Source of the DNA: Candidatus Kaiserbacteria bacterium
GTDB taxonomy: Bacteria > Patescibacteriota > Minisyncoccia > Phycocordibacterales > UBA918
Assembly (NCBI GenBank): GCA_007116965.1
Contig: SKHJ01000053.1
Span: 1-36,158 of the forward strand
Direction: 5' to 3'
DNA: 36,158 nt
The first letter of the stretch is position 1. Every line of letters starts with the position of its first letter. This document shows, piece by piece, positions 16,399-25,915 of this stretch. The notes below the pieces were generated by a model that did no database searches, was not told the DNA's origin, and was given only the letters and a program-made list of their open reading frames with translations. Made by a program: the position numbers and the translations under genes.

Positions 16399-17073
16399 AT
16401 GCCTACTGACCAGATCATCATTCCTGCTCTGATTCCAGAAGATCCCCAAGATCTACGGGACGAGCTGCAGGGTATGCCATGGTTGTACGAAGTACATATC
16501 GATATTGTGGACGGTCAGTTTGTCGACAGCCTCTCGTGGCCATTTGAGCCGGCAGGAGAACCGGAACAGATCGCTGATATTTTAGAGCAATACTCAGCGG
16601 AGATTGACCTGATGTGTTTGCAACCACTACCGATAGCTGAAGTGTGGGCGGCAACAGGAGCTGAGCGTTTGGTCTTACACGCCGAGACGATCTCAGTGGA
16701 TGATTTTGTCTATTTGGCTGATCGCTTCCCAGACGTTAGTATCGGTGTATCGATGCTTAATGATACCGAGTGGTCTGTGATAGAGCCGTTTATACCTGTC
16801 GCTGATTTCATACAGCTGATGGGGATTCTGGTCATCGGGGCACAGGGGGCACCGTTTGATGAGCGAGTGTTAGAGCGAATCGGAGCCGTAACAGCCGCTG
16901 ACCCAGCTATCCCGATCAGCGTTGACGGCAGTGTCAACGCTGAGACCATTCCCCGCTTACGTCAAGCCGGAGTAGATCGTTATGTGGTTGGTTCTGCTTT
17001 GTTACGGGCTGAAGATCGCGAAATGCAATATCAGTACCTGGACAGTCTGGCTCGTCCACAACTGTCTGCCTAG
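16399..17073 (+). CDS. rpe: Ribulose-phosphate 3-epimerase
   Basis: HIDIVDGQFV, LHAE, QLMG...GAQGAPF, SVDGSVN, VVGSAL; pentose phosphate context. Confidence 0.88.
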   Translation: MPTDQIIIPALIPEDPQDLRDELQGMPWLYEVHIDIVDGQFVDSLSWPFEPAGEPEQIADILEQYSAEIDLMCLQPLPIAEVWAATGAERLVLHAETISVDDFVYLADRFPDVSIGVSMLNDTEWSVIEPFIPVADFIQLMGILVIGAQGAPFDERVLERIGAVTAADPAIPISVDGSVNAETIPRLRQAGVDRYVVGSALLRAEDREMQYQYLDSLARPQLSA

Positions 17074-17087
17074 GGCAAGTATCGAGC

Positions 17088-17096
17088 TGGTATACT
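17088..17096 (+). promoter_or_regulatory. Extended -10 promoter (TGgTATACT) 10 nt before the transketolase start
   Basis: tggTATACTacgtattagtATG. Confidence 0.6.
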
Positions 17097-17106
17097 ACGT
17101 ATTAGT

Positions 17107-18000
17107 ATGAACTATTTACATAGTAACGACGTAGCTCGGTTAGAGAGAAAAGCCAACGAGATACGCCAAAGTATCATCGAGATGTTGACGGCAGCGCAAA
17201 GCGGGCACACGGCCGGACCGCTCGGGATGGCTGATGTCTTCACACTTCTCTATTTCGAGGTGCTTAAGCACGATCCCCAGAATCCTGATTGGGAAGAGCG
17301 AGATCGAGTGGTGCTCTCCAACGGTCACATTTGTCCGGTCTTGTACGCTACCCTCGCCCACGCTGGGTATTTCCCGGTCGAAGAATTACTGACGTTGCGC
17401 CAATTTGGTAGTCGTCTCCAGGGCCACCCGCACCGCGGCACGCTGCCGGGTATTGAGACCAGCTCAGGACCACTTGGCTCTGGCTTGTCACAAGCTATTG
17501 GTATGGCGCTCGCGGAGCGAATGAACAATCCGTACTCTGCTAAGTACTTCTATTGTCTGACTGGTGACGGCGAAGTAAACGAAGGGCAGATCTGGGAGGC
17601 GGCGATGTTGGCAGGTAAAGAGAAGCTACATAATTTAATCGTTATCATTGACCGCAATGGTATTCAGATCGATGGGTATACGAAAGATGTAATGCCACTG
17701 GAGCCATTACGGGCAAAATTCGAGGCCTTTAACTTTGATGTGCAGGAGGTTGATGGTCACAATATTCGGAGCATCAACGACGCGATTGGTAAGGCACAGG
17801 CCGTCTACTCACAACCATCTGTTATTATTGCCCACACGATTGCTAGTAAGGGCGTCGATGTTTTCGAGCGTGATTTCCGCTGGCACGGCAATCCGCCAGG
17901 CAAGGGTCCTGAGGATCGGGTGCCACGAGATCAACAAGCCCAGGTGGCGCTAGAGAAGTTGCGGACGTTGGCAGGGACGATATCGCAGGAAACTTTATAA
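17107..18000 (+). CDS. tkt: Transketolase, N-terminal (TPP-binding) subunit
   Basis: SGHTAG, DRVVLSNGH, LQGHP, GPLGSG, GDGEVNEG, DRNGIQIDG. Confidence 0.93.
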   Translation: MNYLHSNDVARLERKANEIRQSIIEMLTAAQSGHTAGPLGMADVFTLLYFEVLKHDPQNPDWEERDRVVLSNGHICPVLYATLAHAGYFPVEELLTLRQFGSRLQGHPHRGTLPGIETSSGPLGSGLSQAIGMALAERMNNPYSAKYFYCLTGDGEVNEGQIWEAAMLAGKEKLHNLIVIIDRNGIQIDGYTKDVMPLEPLRAKFEAFNFDVQEVDGHNIRSINDAIGKAQAVYSQPSVIIAHTIASKGVDVFERDFRWHGNPPGKGPEDRVPRDQQAQVALEKLRTLAGTISQETL

Positions 18001-18009
18001 TATTCACGT

Positions 18010-18999
18010 ATGCGAGCAGCACATTTAGACACACGAATTTGTAGCCCTGAAGTCGAGTTAGTACCCAACCGACGGGGTTATGGTGAGGGACTCCTAGAGG
18101 CCGGCAAACGCGATGCGCGAATCGTGGCGTTAGCAGCTGACCTGACCGAATCGACACAAACGCATATGTTTGCTGAGGCATTTCCGGATCGTTTCGTCCA
18201 ATGTGGGGTGGCGGAGCAAAATATGGCGTCGGTAGCGTCTGGTATGGCGGCGATGGGTAAGATACCCTTCATTGCTTCATACGCAATGTTCTCACCTGGC
18301 CGTAGTTGGGAGCAGATCCGTACCACTATCGCTTACAATGATGTAAACGTGAAGATAATCGGCGCTCATGCTGGTGTCTCTGTTGGACCAGACGGAGCCA
18401 CCCACCAAGCAATTGAAGACATTGCTATTATGCGGGTGATTCCCAATATGGTAGTAATTGCTCCGGCTGACGTGCACGAAGCACGTAAGGCGGTCTTGGC
18501 CGCCGCGCAATACGAAGGGCCGGTGTATATCCGTCTGGCTCGCGCACCCTCACCAGTGGTCACCACACCAGAGTCACCATTTGTAATCGGTAAGGCAGAG
18601 TACTGCTTTGAAGCGGCTGGCGCGCCAGAGCAGACCGTTGGTCTGGTGACAACGGGTACGCTTCTCCATCATGGCTTGGAAGCAGCCGAAGCCTTGCAAC
18701 AGAGTGGCTACGGAGTATTGCTACTTCATATGCCAACTGTTAAACCACTTGATACCGAGGCACTACTGGCTCTGTCGGAGCGTTGTGTCGGTCTGGTGAC
18801 AATCGAAGAGCACCAGCAGGCGGGGGGGTTGGGTTCGGCGGTAGCTGAATTCCTCAGCGCTGCGCGACCCACGCTCATAATCCCAGTGGGGGTAGCCGAT
18901 CAGTTTGGTCAGTCGGGTGATCCAGAAGAGTTGATCACCCACTATCACTTAGACACGCCAGCAATTGAGATGGCTGCCAAGCGGGTCTTGGGAGGGTAG
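18010..18999 (+). CDS. tkt: Transketolase, C-terminal subunit
   Basis: ADLTES, GVAEQNM, GPDGATHQ, GPVYIRL, VKPLD, TIEEH...GGLG. Confidence 0.93.
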   Translation: MRAAHLDTRICSPEVELVPNRRGYGEGLLEAGKRDARIVALAADLTESTQTHMFAEAFPDRFVQCGVAEQNMASVASGMAAMGKIPFIASYAMFSPGRSWEQIRTTIAYNDVNVKIIGAHAGVSVGPDGATHQAIEDIAIMRVIPNMVVIAPADVHEARKAVLAAAQYEGPVYIRLARAPSPVVTTPESPFVIGKAEYCFEAAGAPEQTVGLVTTGTLLHHGLEAAEALQQSGYGVLLLHMPTVKPLDTEALLALSERCVGLVTIEEHQQAGGLGSAVAEFLSAARPTLIIPVGVADQFGQSGDPEELITHYHLDTPAIEMAAKRVLGG

Positions 19000-19124
19000 T
19001 TTTTACTAGCTCTGTCTCAGAACGTTCAGCTTTTGCGAGTAGGGCTAGGATGAGAGAGACCATAAAATGGGGCCGGCGGTAGCTGGTCAGAGCTACACAT
19101 TTGCCTGGTTAGTCTTGTTGGGTG

Positions 19125-20129
19125 CTAGTTGATCTGTTTGGCAACATATTCTTCGGGACGGTTTTCGAGGTGTTGCAGGAGCTCGTCTTTGGTAAGGAGT
19201 CCGGCCTGAGCGCCAATGTGTTGGACTACATTCATCGAATTGATCGGTCCCCAGGCGAGCGCGGTGGCAGGGTCGTGACCGAGTGCGATAGCGGCGGTAA
19301 AGGTGCTGGAAAATGAGTCACCAGCTCCAGTACGATCTACCGGTGGCGCCGGGTCGGGATACATTGGCATATGCCACGCAATGTCTTGATCATCGACAAC
19401 GTATGAGCCCGCTGGGCCGTCAGTGATGACTGGTAATCGCGGTCCTAGTTCCTTGAAGCGACGCAGAAGGGTAGGAATATGGTCGTCGTTGGTCTCAAGA
19501 ATACTTTGCGCCTCTTCTTTGTTACAGAAGAAGATATCAGTCACTTCGTAGACATGTTTTAGCTGTTGGTAGCCAAGTCTGATCTGGAAGGTGCCAGGCT
19601 GAAACACTAGTTTACTGCCGTGCTGCTTAACGTAGTTGACGATGTCGTCGTGGAAGGGTAGACCATGCTCGCCGATCGAAGAGAAATAAATGTAACGGGG
19701 AGCGACGCCCATATCTGGCAACACGTAGTCGTAATGCTCGTGGTTGATGAGAATCGTGCGTTCAGCGCCATACCGAAGCACGTAGTGGTAGTTGGTACGC
19801 TTACCTTCGTGCACTTTGACAAAATCGGTGTGCACACCCTCTTGCCGTAAGGTCTCAAGACAATCTTTCCCCCAGCGGTCATGACCAAGGTTGGTGACCA
19901 AGGCTGATTCCAGTCCCAGTCGGTGGGCGGCAACTGCGGCGTTGGGAGAATTGCCAACGGCGTTGACAACAGTGACATCGTCATACGGTAGTTTGTCACC
20001 AAAATTCATTGATAGTAACTTACGACCGGTGTTAGGGTCAGTACTGACCCGGGCGTCCTTTTGTGAGAGCTGGATAAAAGCGTCAATCACAATATCGCCA
20101 ATGGCGACGAAATCATACGGTTGAGACAT
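19125..20129 (-). CDS. PfkB/ribokinase-family carbohydrate kinase
   Basis: GNSPNAAVAAHRLG, NKEEA, ITDGPAGS, DRTGAGDSF. Confidence 0.9.
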   Translation of the reverse strand: MSQPYDFVAIGDIVIDAFIQLSQKDARVSTDPNTGRKLLSMNFGDKLPYDDVTVVNAVGNSPNAAVAAHRLGLESALVTNLGHDRWGKDCLETLRQEGVHTDFVKVHEGKRTNYHYVLRYGAERTILINHEHYDYVLPDMGVAPRYIYFSSIGEHGLPFHDDIVNYVKQHGSKLVFQPGTFQIRLGYQQLKHVYEVTDIFFCNKEEAQSILETNDDHIPTLLRRFKELGPRLPVITDGPAGSYVVDDQDIAWHMPMYPDPAPPVDRTGAGDSFSSTFTAAIALGHDPATALAWGPINSMNVVQHIGAQAGLLTKDELLQHLENRPEEYVAKQIN

Positions 20130-20137
20130 ACACTAAC

Positions 20138-20146
20138 AGTATACCA
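20138..20146 (-). promoter_or_regulatory. Extended -10 promoter (TGgTATACT) 8 nt before the PfkB start
   Basis: Minus strand reads tggTATACTgttagtgtATG. Confidence 0.65.
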
Positions 20147-20195
20147 ACTCATGACGATTGTGTTGATAAGAGGTGTTGGTAGGTGACTTGTTTGG

Positions 20196-20223
20196 TTGTC
20201 GAATTAAAAATCTGTGCTAGTCT
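20196..20223 (+). promoter_or_regulatory. Promoter TTGTCG-N16-TAGTCT (with extended TG) 9 nt before rplY
   Basis: -35 at 20196-20201 and -10 at 20218-20223. Confidence 0.5.
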
Positions 20224-20232
20224 ACTGACCAT

Positions 20233-20865
20233 ATGAATATACAACTGACTGTTTCGCCGCGCGCTAATGAGACGCGGAGCGCCTTAGCTGGCAAAGAGAT
20301 GATTCCGGCTGTGGTCTATGGACCAAAGCAGCCTTCGCTGTCAATCATGGTTGAGCAGCGGACCTTCGCCAAAGTATTTGCCGAGGCAGGGGAGTCGACC
20401 ATTATCGAGTTGACTGGCCTCTCAGAGCCCATCGAGGTTTTGGTACACGAGGTGGTGTTTCACCCCACGAAAGGACAGGTTGAGCATATCGATTTCTATG
20501 CAATCGAACGTGGTAAAGAGATGACTACCGAGATTCCACTGACGTTTACCGACACTGCGCCAGTAGAGAAGAGTGGTGGTATGGTGGCTAAGGTATTGCA
20601 CCAGGTCACGGTGACCTGCCGTCCGAGTAAGTTACCGAAAGAGATCGTTGTTTCACTCTCTGGTCTAGCGGCTGCTGACGATCAGATAGTCATAGCGAAC
20701 CTAGACGTTCCAGAGGGTGTGACCATCGACCATGAGCCTGATGAGGTTGTCGCTGTAGCCCAAGGTGTTCGCGAGGTAGAGAGCGAGACCGTCGAGGCAG
20801 CAGCGGTGGATATGTCTGCCGTTGAAGTGGAAAGTAAAGGTAAAGCAGAGGACGAAGATGTATAG
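20233..20865 (+). CDS. rplY: 50S ribosomal protein L25, long CTC form
   Basis: IPAVVYG, HIDFY, C-terminal beta domain and acidic tail. Confidence 0.93.
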   Translation: MNIQLTVSPRANETRSALAGKEMIPAVVYGPKQPSLSIMVEQRTFAKVFAEAGESTIIELTGLSEPIEVLVHEVVFHPTKGQVEHIDFYAIERGKEMTTEIPLTFTDTAPVEKSGGMVAKVLHQVTVTCRPSKLPKEIVVSLSGLAAADDQIVIANLDVPEGVTIDHEPDEVVAVAQGVREVESETVEAAAVDMSAVEVESKGKAEDEDV

Positions 20866-20900
20866 TTGATAGCGTACTGTTTGGTACGTCGTCTTGGTAA

Positions 20901-20932
20901 CCGCGGCCGGGTCAGGTATGACCCGGCCGCGG
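20901..20932 (+). terminator. Perfect 14-bp GC-rich hairpin after rplY, probable terminator
   Basis: CCGCGGCCGGGTCA-ggta-TGACCCGGCCGCGG followed by acttgtatttgt. Confidence 0.7.
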
Positions 20933-20951
20933 ACTTGTATTTGTGAAAATC

Positions 20952-20960
20952 TGGTATACT
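20952..20960 (+). promoter_or_regulatory. Extended -10 promoter (TGgTATACT) 8 nt before ATG 20969
   Basis: tggTATACTagtcaggtATG. Confidence 0.65.
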
Positions 20961-20968
20961 AGTCAGGT

Positions 20969-22348
20969 ATGAAGCTTGGTCATATTCTACTCGGTACGGT
21001 TGTAGCCGTAGCTATGATAGCCCCGAGCTGGCTTTACGTGCAGGTAGTGTCAGCACAAGAGTCGGCGGCCGAACGGCGCGAGCGCTTGGAGCGTGAGCTT
21101 GAGGTGGTAGAGCGTCAGATCTTAACGCAGCGACGTCTGGTAGAAGACACGCAATTGCAAGCGCAGTCCCTAGAGCGAGATATTCGGGTGATCGAAGGGC
21201 AGATCCAGCAAGCACAGCTTGGTATTCAAGCGCGGGCTATCACTATCAATCAGCTGGGCCAAGAGATCAACGAAAAGCAGGAGGTCTTGGAGATCTTGGC
21301 AGAGCGCCTGGCCCGACAGCGCGAATCCTTGGCCGAGCTGGTGCGCCAGCGGGCCAAGATGGACGATATTTCGATGGTGGAGGTATTACTCAGTACCCGA
21401 CAGTTTTCGGACTTCTTTAGTGAGTATGACAATTTCCAAATGGTCAAACACTCGCTCAATGAGTCGTTATCTATTTTGCACCAGATCAGGCAAGACACAC
21501 AGCTGCAGAAGAATCAGTTGGAAGGTAAACAACTGACCGAGGAGGAACTCAAACGTCGACAGGAATTGGAGCGGGCTGAGATCGAGCGCAAAGAGCGCGA
21601 AAAAGCCGCGGTCTTATCGGCTACCCGTGGTCAGGAAGCTGAATACCAACGTCTCTTGCAAGCGCAAGAACGGACGGCGGCTGAGTTGCGCACTGCACTC
21701 TTCCAGCTCCTTGGTGGCGGTGGGGCTATTCCGTTTCCGGAGGCAGTGTCCTTAGCCCAGTACGCCAGTCGCCAGACGGGGGTCAGTCCGGCGCTGATCT
21801 TAGCTATCCTACAACAAGAGACCAATATGGGCTCACATCTTGGTAGTTGCGTTTACAGCGAGACGCGTGGTGGTTCGCCAGTAATGCATCCAGATCGCGA
21901 TGCGCCAGTCTTTTTGGCTATCGCCCAGATACTTGGTTTTAATCCAGACCGACAACAAGTATCGTGTCCGTTGATTCAACGAAACGGTCAACGACTTGGT
22001 TGGGGTGGAGCTATGGGTCCCTCACAATTTATCCCCTCAACCTGGGCAATTTATGGCGGTATCGTCAATACCGGCAGTGGCTGGGTCTACGACGCTTCGC
22101 AGGACGCGATCCGCGCCATCAATCGTACGAGCGGACCAGCCAATCCATGGAATAACCAAGACGCCTTCTTGGCGACCGCATTGTTACTACGTGACAACGG
22201 AGCCGCTAGCAACCCACGGCTAGCTGCTTTACGCTACTACGCTGGCTGGGGCGGAGCGACACGACCAGAGAACCAATTCTACGGCGATCAAGTAATGAGG
22301 CATATGCAGCGTTTTGAGCAAGAGATTCGTATCTTGGGCGGTTCATAA
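20969..22348 (+). CDS. Secreted peptidoglycan hydrolase: PcsB/CwlO-like coiled coil plus lytic transglycosylase domain
   Basis: Signal peptide, ~220-aa coiled coil, ILAILQQET (catalytic Glu), GAMGPSQFIPSTW, NPWNNQDAFLATALLL. Confidence 0.8.
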   Translation: MKLGHILLGTVVAVAMIAPSWLYVQVVSAQESAAERRERLERELEVVERQILTQRRLVEDTQLQAQSLERDIRVIEGQIQQAQLGIQARAITINQLGQEINEKQEVLEILAERLARQRESLAELVRQRAKMDDISMVEVLLSTRQFSDFFSEYDNFQMVKHSLNESLSILHQIRQDTQLQKNQLEGKQLTEEELKRRQELERAEIERKEREKAAVLSATRGQEAEYQRLLQAQERTAAELRTALFQLLGGGGAIPFPEAVSLAQYASRQTGVSPALILAILQQETNMGSHLGSCVYSETRGGSPVMHPDRDAPVFLAIAQILGFNPDRQQVSCPLIQRNGQRLGWGGAMGPSQFIPSTWAIYGGIVNTGSGWVYDASQDAIRAINRTSGPANPWNNQDAFLATALLLRDNGAASNPRLAALRYYAGWGGATRPENQFYGDQVMRHMQRFEQEIRILGGS

Positions 22349-22375
22349 GTGTAATCATCTATATGCCGCTCTCCC

Positions 22376-22403
22376 TTGCGCATCTGTTGGTATCTGGTAT
22401 AGT
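22376..22403 (+). promoter_or_regulatory. Promoter TTGCGC-N16-TATAGT (with extended TG) for rpmE2-prfA
   Basis: -35 at 22376-22381 and -10 at 22398-22403. Confidence 0.55.
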
Positions 22404-22432
22404 GGCGGGGCTAACGTAACGAGTAACCTGAT

Positions 22433-22702
22433 ATGAAAGCAGATATTCACCCAGACAACTATCGACCGGTTATCTTTCACGATAACTCTAGCGGGGATCG
22501 TTTCTTGATCGGTTCTACGGTCGAAACCAAGACCACCGACAAATGGACCGATGGAGCGGAGTACCCCATCGTCTACATTGATGTTTCAAGCGCAACCCAC
22601 CCATTTTATACTGGTCAAGAGAAAGTAATGGATACGGCTGGTCGGGTTGAGCGTTTCAAGGCACGGGCCGCCAAAGCCACTGGTCGCAGCAAGCAAGGAT
22701 AA
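22433..22702 (+). CDS. rpmE2: 50S ribosomal protein L31 type B (zinc-independent)
   Basis: [35 protein letters not shown]; no Cys residues. Confidence 0.93.
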   Translation: MKADIHPDNYRPVIFHDNSSGDRFLIGSTVETKTTDKWTDGAEYPIVYIDVSSATHPFYTGQEKVMDTAGRVERFKARAAKATGRSKQG

Positions 22703-22729
22703 CGATCCGGCTTGTCTTTGGTGATCAGT

Positions 22730-23728
22730 ATGTCTATCATTCCAGAGCGTTTTGATGAAGCTACCTTGCAGGTCTTTCGTGAGCACCCGAAGACGCAGTT
22801 TTTGGCGTCACAATTAGATGAACTACTGAGTAAGCGGGCCGAGACCACCGGTATGGTAGAAAGTGACCCGTCACTGCATGAGCTGATCGCCGAAGAGCTG
22901 ACCAGTCTGGATGCTCAACTGGACGCACTCCTGCAGCAGATGCAAGAGATCGTCGCGGCAGCCCAGGCCGAGGAAGTACTGCCGTACGGATTAATCTTAG
23001 AGGTTCGAGCTGGTGCTGGTGGAGACGAAGCGGCTCTGTTTGCTGAAGAGTTGGCGCAAATGTATACTCAGTATGCTAATACGCAAGGTTGGCCATATAG
23101 TGTCGAACATGAGTCGCGTGCGAGTGTTGGTGGTTATAAGGAGGCAGCTTTTGAGATTCGTCATCCTGCAGCCTATCTAGATTTGCGGTATGAAACTGGT
23201 GTTCATCGCGTCCAGCGCATCCCGGTGACAGAGAAGTCGGGTCGCATCCATACTTCAACCGCTTCGGTAGCAATTTTGCCCTTACGTAAAAAATCAGTCA
23301 TTGTCATTGATCCGAATGATATTGAAATGGGCTTTTCTCGGTCAGGTGGGGCCGGTGGGCAAAATGTCAATAAGGTGGAAACGGCCGTCCGACTCGTCCA
23401 TAAACCAACGGGGATAGAAGTGCGTTGCCAGTCTGAACGTTCACAGCTAAAGAATCGTGAACGAGCGATGAGTATTTTAACTGCCAAACTGGAAGCATTA
23501 CACGAAGAAGAAGAGGCTCGTAAGCACGCCAGTGAGCGCCGTGAACAAATTGGTACCGGTGACCGCTCTGAGAAGATCCGGACGTACAATTTCCCCCAAA
23601 ACCGCATTACTGATCATCGGATCAAACAATCGTGGCATAATATCGAAGCGGTAATGGCTGGTGATTTGCGCGAGATCGTCGCCGCTCTGCGAGTAGCGGC
23701 GCAGTCTGATGAGGTTGCACAATCATAA
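22730..23728 (+). CDS. prfA: Peptide chain release factor 1 with shortened N-terminal domain
   Basis: [24 protein letters not shown] (RF1 PxT motif), [24 protein letters not shown] at 22730. Confidence 0.93.
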   Translation: MSIIPERFDEATLQVFREHPKTQFLASQLDELLSKRAETTGMVESDPSLHELIAEELTSLDAQLDALLQQMQEIVAAAQAEEVLPYGLILEVRAGAGGDEAALFAEELAQMYTQYANTQGWPYSVEHESRASVGGYKEAAFEIRHPAAYLDLRYETGVHRVQRIPVTEKSGRIHTSTASVAILPLRKKSVIVIDPNDIEMGFSRSGGAGGQNVNKVETAVRLVHKPTGIEVRCQSERSQLKNRERAMSILTAKLEALHEEEEARKHASERREQIGTGDRSEKIRTYNFPQNRITDHRIKQSWHNIEAVMAGDLREIVAALRVAAQSDEVAQS

Positions 23729-23781
23729 GCGGTGTGCTACATTTACCCGCGTTTATTTTGTGCTGTTGCGCATAAGCAGAT

Positions 23782-24540
23782 ATGGAAAAAACCCAACCAT
23801 CAACAACCAACACATCCGACGTCGTCGCTAAGCTTTTTGCGGTCGGCGCGCACTTCGGCTTTACTAAGCGACGTCGTCATCCGACGACCGTGCCGTATTT
23901 GTATGGTACCAAAGATGGCAGTGATGTTATCGACCTCACTAAGACCGCTCAACAGTTAGAGCAAGCAACAACCATTGTTGCCGAAACAGTAGCGGCCGGT
24001 AAAATTGTGCTGTTTGTCGGTACCAAAGATGAAGTAGCTACGTTGGTGCAAAACGCGGCTCAGACCTGTGAAGCCCCGTATGTCGTTAATCGCTGGATCG
24101 GTGGTATGCTAACTAACTTTAGCGAGATCAAAAAGCGGGTCAAGCGTTTGAGTGATCTCCAGCAAGAAAATCTTTCTGGCGACCTAGAGCGGAAATATAC
24201 TAAGAAAGAACGCGTGGTAATTGGGCGCGAGATGAAAAAACTCGATTTTAATTTTGGTGGTATTCAGACCATGGAACGAACCCCTGATCTATTGGTGGTT
24301 GTCGATCCTCGGTATGATGAGATTGCTGTGGCTGAGGCACGGATGTTGAATATTCCCGTCATCGGTATTATGAGCTCTGACAGTAATGCTTCACTCCTTA
24401 CGTACCCAGTAGTCATGAACGACGCGTTGCAGGCCAGTGTTTCGTACGCTCTAGAATTAATCGTCGCAGCCTATCAAAAAGGAGCCGCGAGTGCACCAGC
24501 TGAGCGGACTGCAACCCCAGCCAAGCGTAGTGTTCGCTAG
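23782..24540 (+). CDS. rpsB: 30S ribosomal protein S2
   Basis: GAHFG, LFVGTK, RWIGGMLTNF, AVAEARMLNIPVI. Confidence 0.95.
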   Translation: MEKTQPSTTNTSDVVAKLFAVGAHFGFTKRRRHPTTVPYLYGTKDGSDVIDLTKTAQQLEQATTIVAETVAAGKIVLFVGTKDEVATLVQNAAQTCEAPYVVNRWIGGMLTNFSEIKKRVKRLSDLQQENLSGDLERKYTKKERVVIGREMKKLDFNFGGIQTMERTPDLLVVVDPRYDEIAVAEARMLNIPVIGIMSSDSNASLLTYPVVMNDALQASVSYALELIVAAYQKGAASAPAERTATPAKRSVR

Positions 24541-24635
24541 CGTGAGATAGGTTGGCGCTACGAAGTTGTCGCATCTTGGTCTATGGTGGGGGTGTATAGC
24601 GTTATAAGGTTATTGACATAAATTTGATACGGTCT

Positions 24636-25223
24636 ATGAACACGATCTCATCTGAACAAATAAAAGAGTTGCGTAATCAAACCGGCATTTCAGTGATGCA
24701 GTGCAAAAAAGCACTCGAAGAAACGGGTGGCGATATGGAGAAGGCATTGGTGGTCTTACGTAAGAAAGGAGCCGAAGTAGCGGCCAAGAAATCTGACCGT
24801 GAGTTCGGCGCCGGCGTCATCGGTGTGTATGTTCACAACACCAACGAAGTAGCGGCGATGGTACAGCTGGCCTGTGAGACTGATTTTGTCGCCAAGAATG
24901 AGCAGTTTGTGGCTCTCGCTCGTGACATCGCGATGCAAGTAGCCGCACTCAATCCAACCTTTATCAAGCGTGAAGAGGTAGATGAAGAAGCTCAGGAGGC
25001 TGCCAAGGCAGTTTTTAGTGCCGAAGTACAAGATAAACCGGCAGATCTGCAAGAGAAGATCCTACAAGGCAAGCTTGACGCTTACTTCAAAGAGCAGATA
25101 TTGCTCGAACAGTCGTTTGTTAAGAACCTCGAACAAACCATCGGTGATATGCTGAAAGGGGCTATTCAAGCGTTTGGTGAGAATATTGATGTGATCGCCA
25201 TAGAGCGGCTGTCAGTAAAGTAA
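24636..25223 (+). CDS. tsf: Elongation factor Ts, short 195-aa form
   Basis: IKELRNQTGISVMQCKKAL, CETDFVA, LLEQSFVK; follows rpsB. Confidence 0.95.
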   Translation: MNTISSEQIKELRNQTGISVMQCKKALEETGGDMEKALVVLRKKGAEVAAKKSDREFGAGVIGVYVHNTNEVAAMVQLACETDFVAKNEQFVALARDIAMQVAALNPTFIKREEVDEEAQEAAKAVFSAEVQDKPADLQEKILQGKLDAYFKEQILLEQSFVKNLEQTIGDMLKGAIQAFGENIDVIAIERLSVK

Positions 25224-25245
25224 TTTTGGGCAAATTGCCCGTCCT

Positions 25246-25683
25246 ATGTCGACTGTCCTTACAATTTTAGTCGGTGCACTCATGGCAATGTTGGTCATGG
25301 TGCCGATGTGGCGTATTGAACAACGACGAGGACAGCGCGTGATCGCTGTTCGACCCAGGGAAGGGTTGGATATACTGCTCGCGCGTGTGGAGCGACTCCT
25401 CCAGACGAGTGCTTTAGTCTGGCAACGGTACGTATGGCAGTTGGGTTGGCGCTATGTAATACATATCGTGCTACGCTCGCTCCTAGTCGGCATTGCCAAT
25501 CTCTACAACGGCCTATTGACGTATTTTGAGTACAATCGTCGCGCTACCAAGTATCTCAAACGAGATAAACGACGCTGGTTGCAATCTGGCCTATGGTACG
25601 AACTAGACAAGCACAAGCAGGCGGCGGCTTTGACTGAAGAAGAAAAGATCCAGCGCAAGGCCAAAGCTCTGGCTGGTGACTAG
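25246..25683 (+). CDS. Hypothetical membrane protein
   Basis: 145-aa ORF with N-terminal TM, a second hydrophobic segment and a basic C-terminus; T-ATG start. Confidence 0.7.
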   Translation: MSTVLTILVGALMAMLVMVPMWRIEQRRGQRVIAVRPREGLDILLARVERLLQTSALVWQRYVWQLGWRYVIHIVLRSLLVGIANLYNGLLTYFEYNRRATKYLKRDKRRWLQSGLWYELDKHKQAAALTEEEKIQRKAKALAGD

Positions 25684-25698
25684 CGTAGGTAATACTGC

Positions 25699-25727
25699 TT
25701 TACGACACGTGGTGTTTTTGGTATAAC
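25699..25727 (+). promoter_or_regulatory. tRNA promoter TTTACG-N17-TATAAC (with extended TG)
   Basis: -10 at 25722-25727, 19 nt before the tRNA 5' end. Confidence 0.55.
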
Positions 25728-25746
25728 AGGACGCGCACGAAGTTTC

Positions 25747-25819
25747 GCCACCTTAGCTCAGTTGGTAGAGCAACGGATTTGTAACCCGTAGGTCGTCAGT
25801 TCGAATCTGACAGGTGGCT
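25747..25819 (+). tRNA. tRNA-Thr(UGU); CCA end not encoded
   Basis: GCCACCT/AGGTGGC acceptor stem, GCTC/GAGC D stem, anticodon loop TT-TGT-AA, GTCAG-TTCGAAT-CTGAC T arm; followed by T-CCG. Confidence 0.95.
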
Positions 25820-25856
25820 CCGATACGAGCGATGCAACGCACAGCGCACAGCGCGA

Positions 25857-25915
25857 GAGACACACAAAATTAGCCGCCGGAAGCTAGCTTACGGGCGGCT
25901 AATTTTGTGTGTCTC
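25857..25915. terminator. Perfect 22-bp inverted repeat downstream of the tRNA, probable terminator
   Basis: GAGACACACAAAATTAGCCGCC (25857-25878) and GGCGGCTAATTTTGTGTGTCTC (25894-25915); the spacer contains the palindrome AAGCTAGCTT. Confidence 0.65.

Noticed and set aside
19000..19124. Possible terminator or small RNA between the convergent tkt and PfkB genes
   Set aside because: Only a weak 6-bp hairpin (GTAGCT/AGCTAC) without a U tract.
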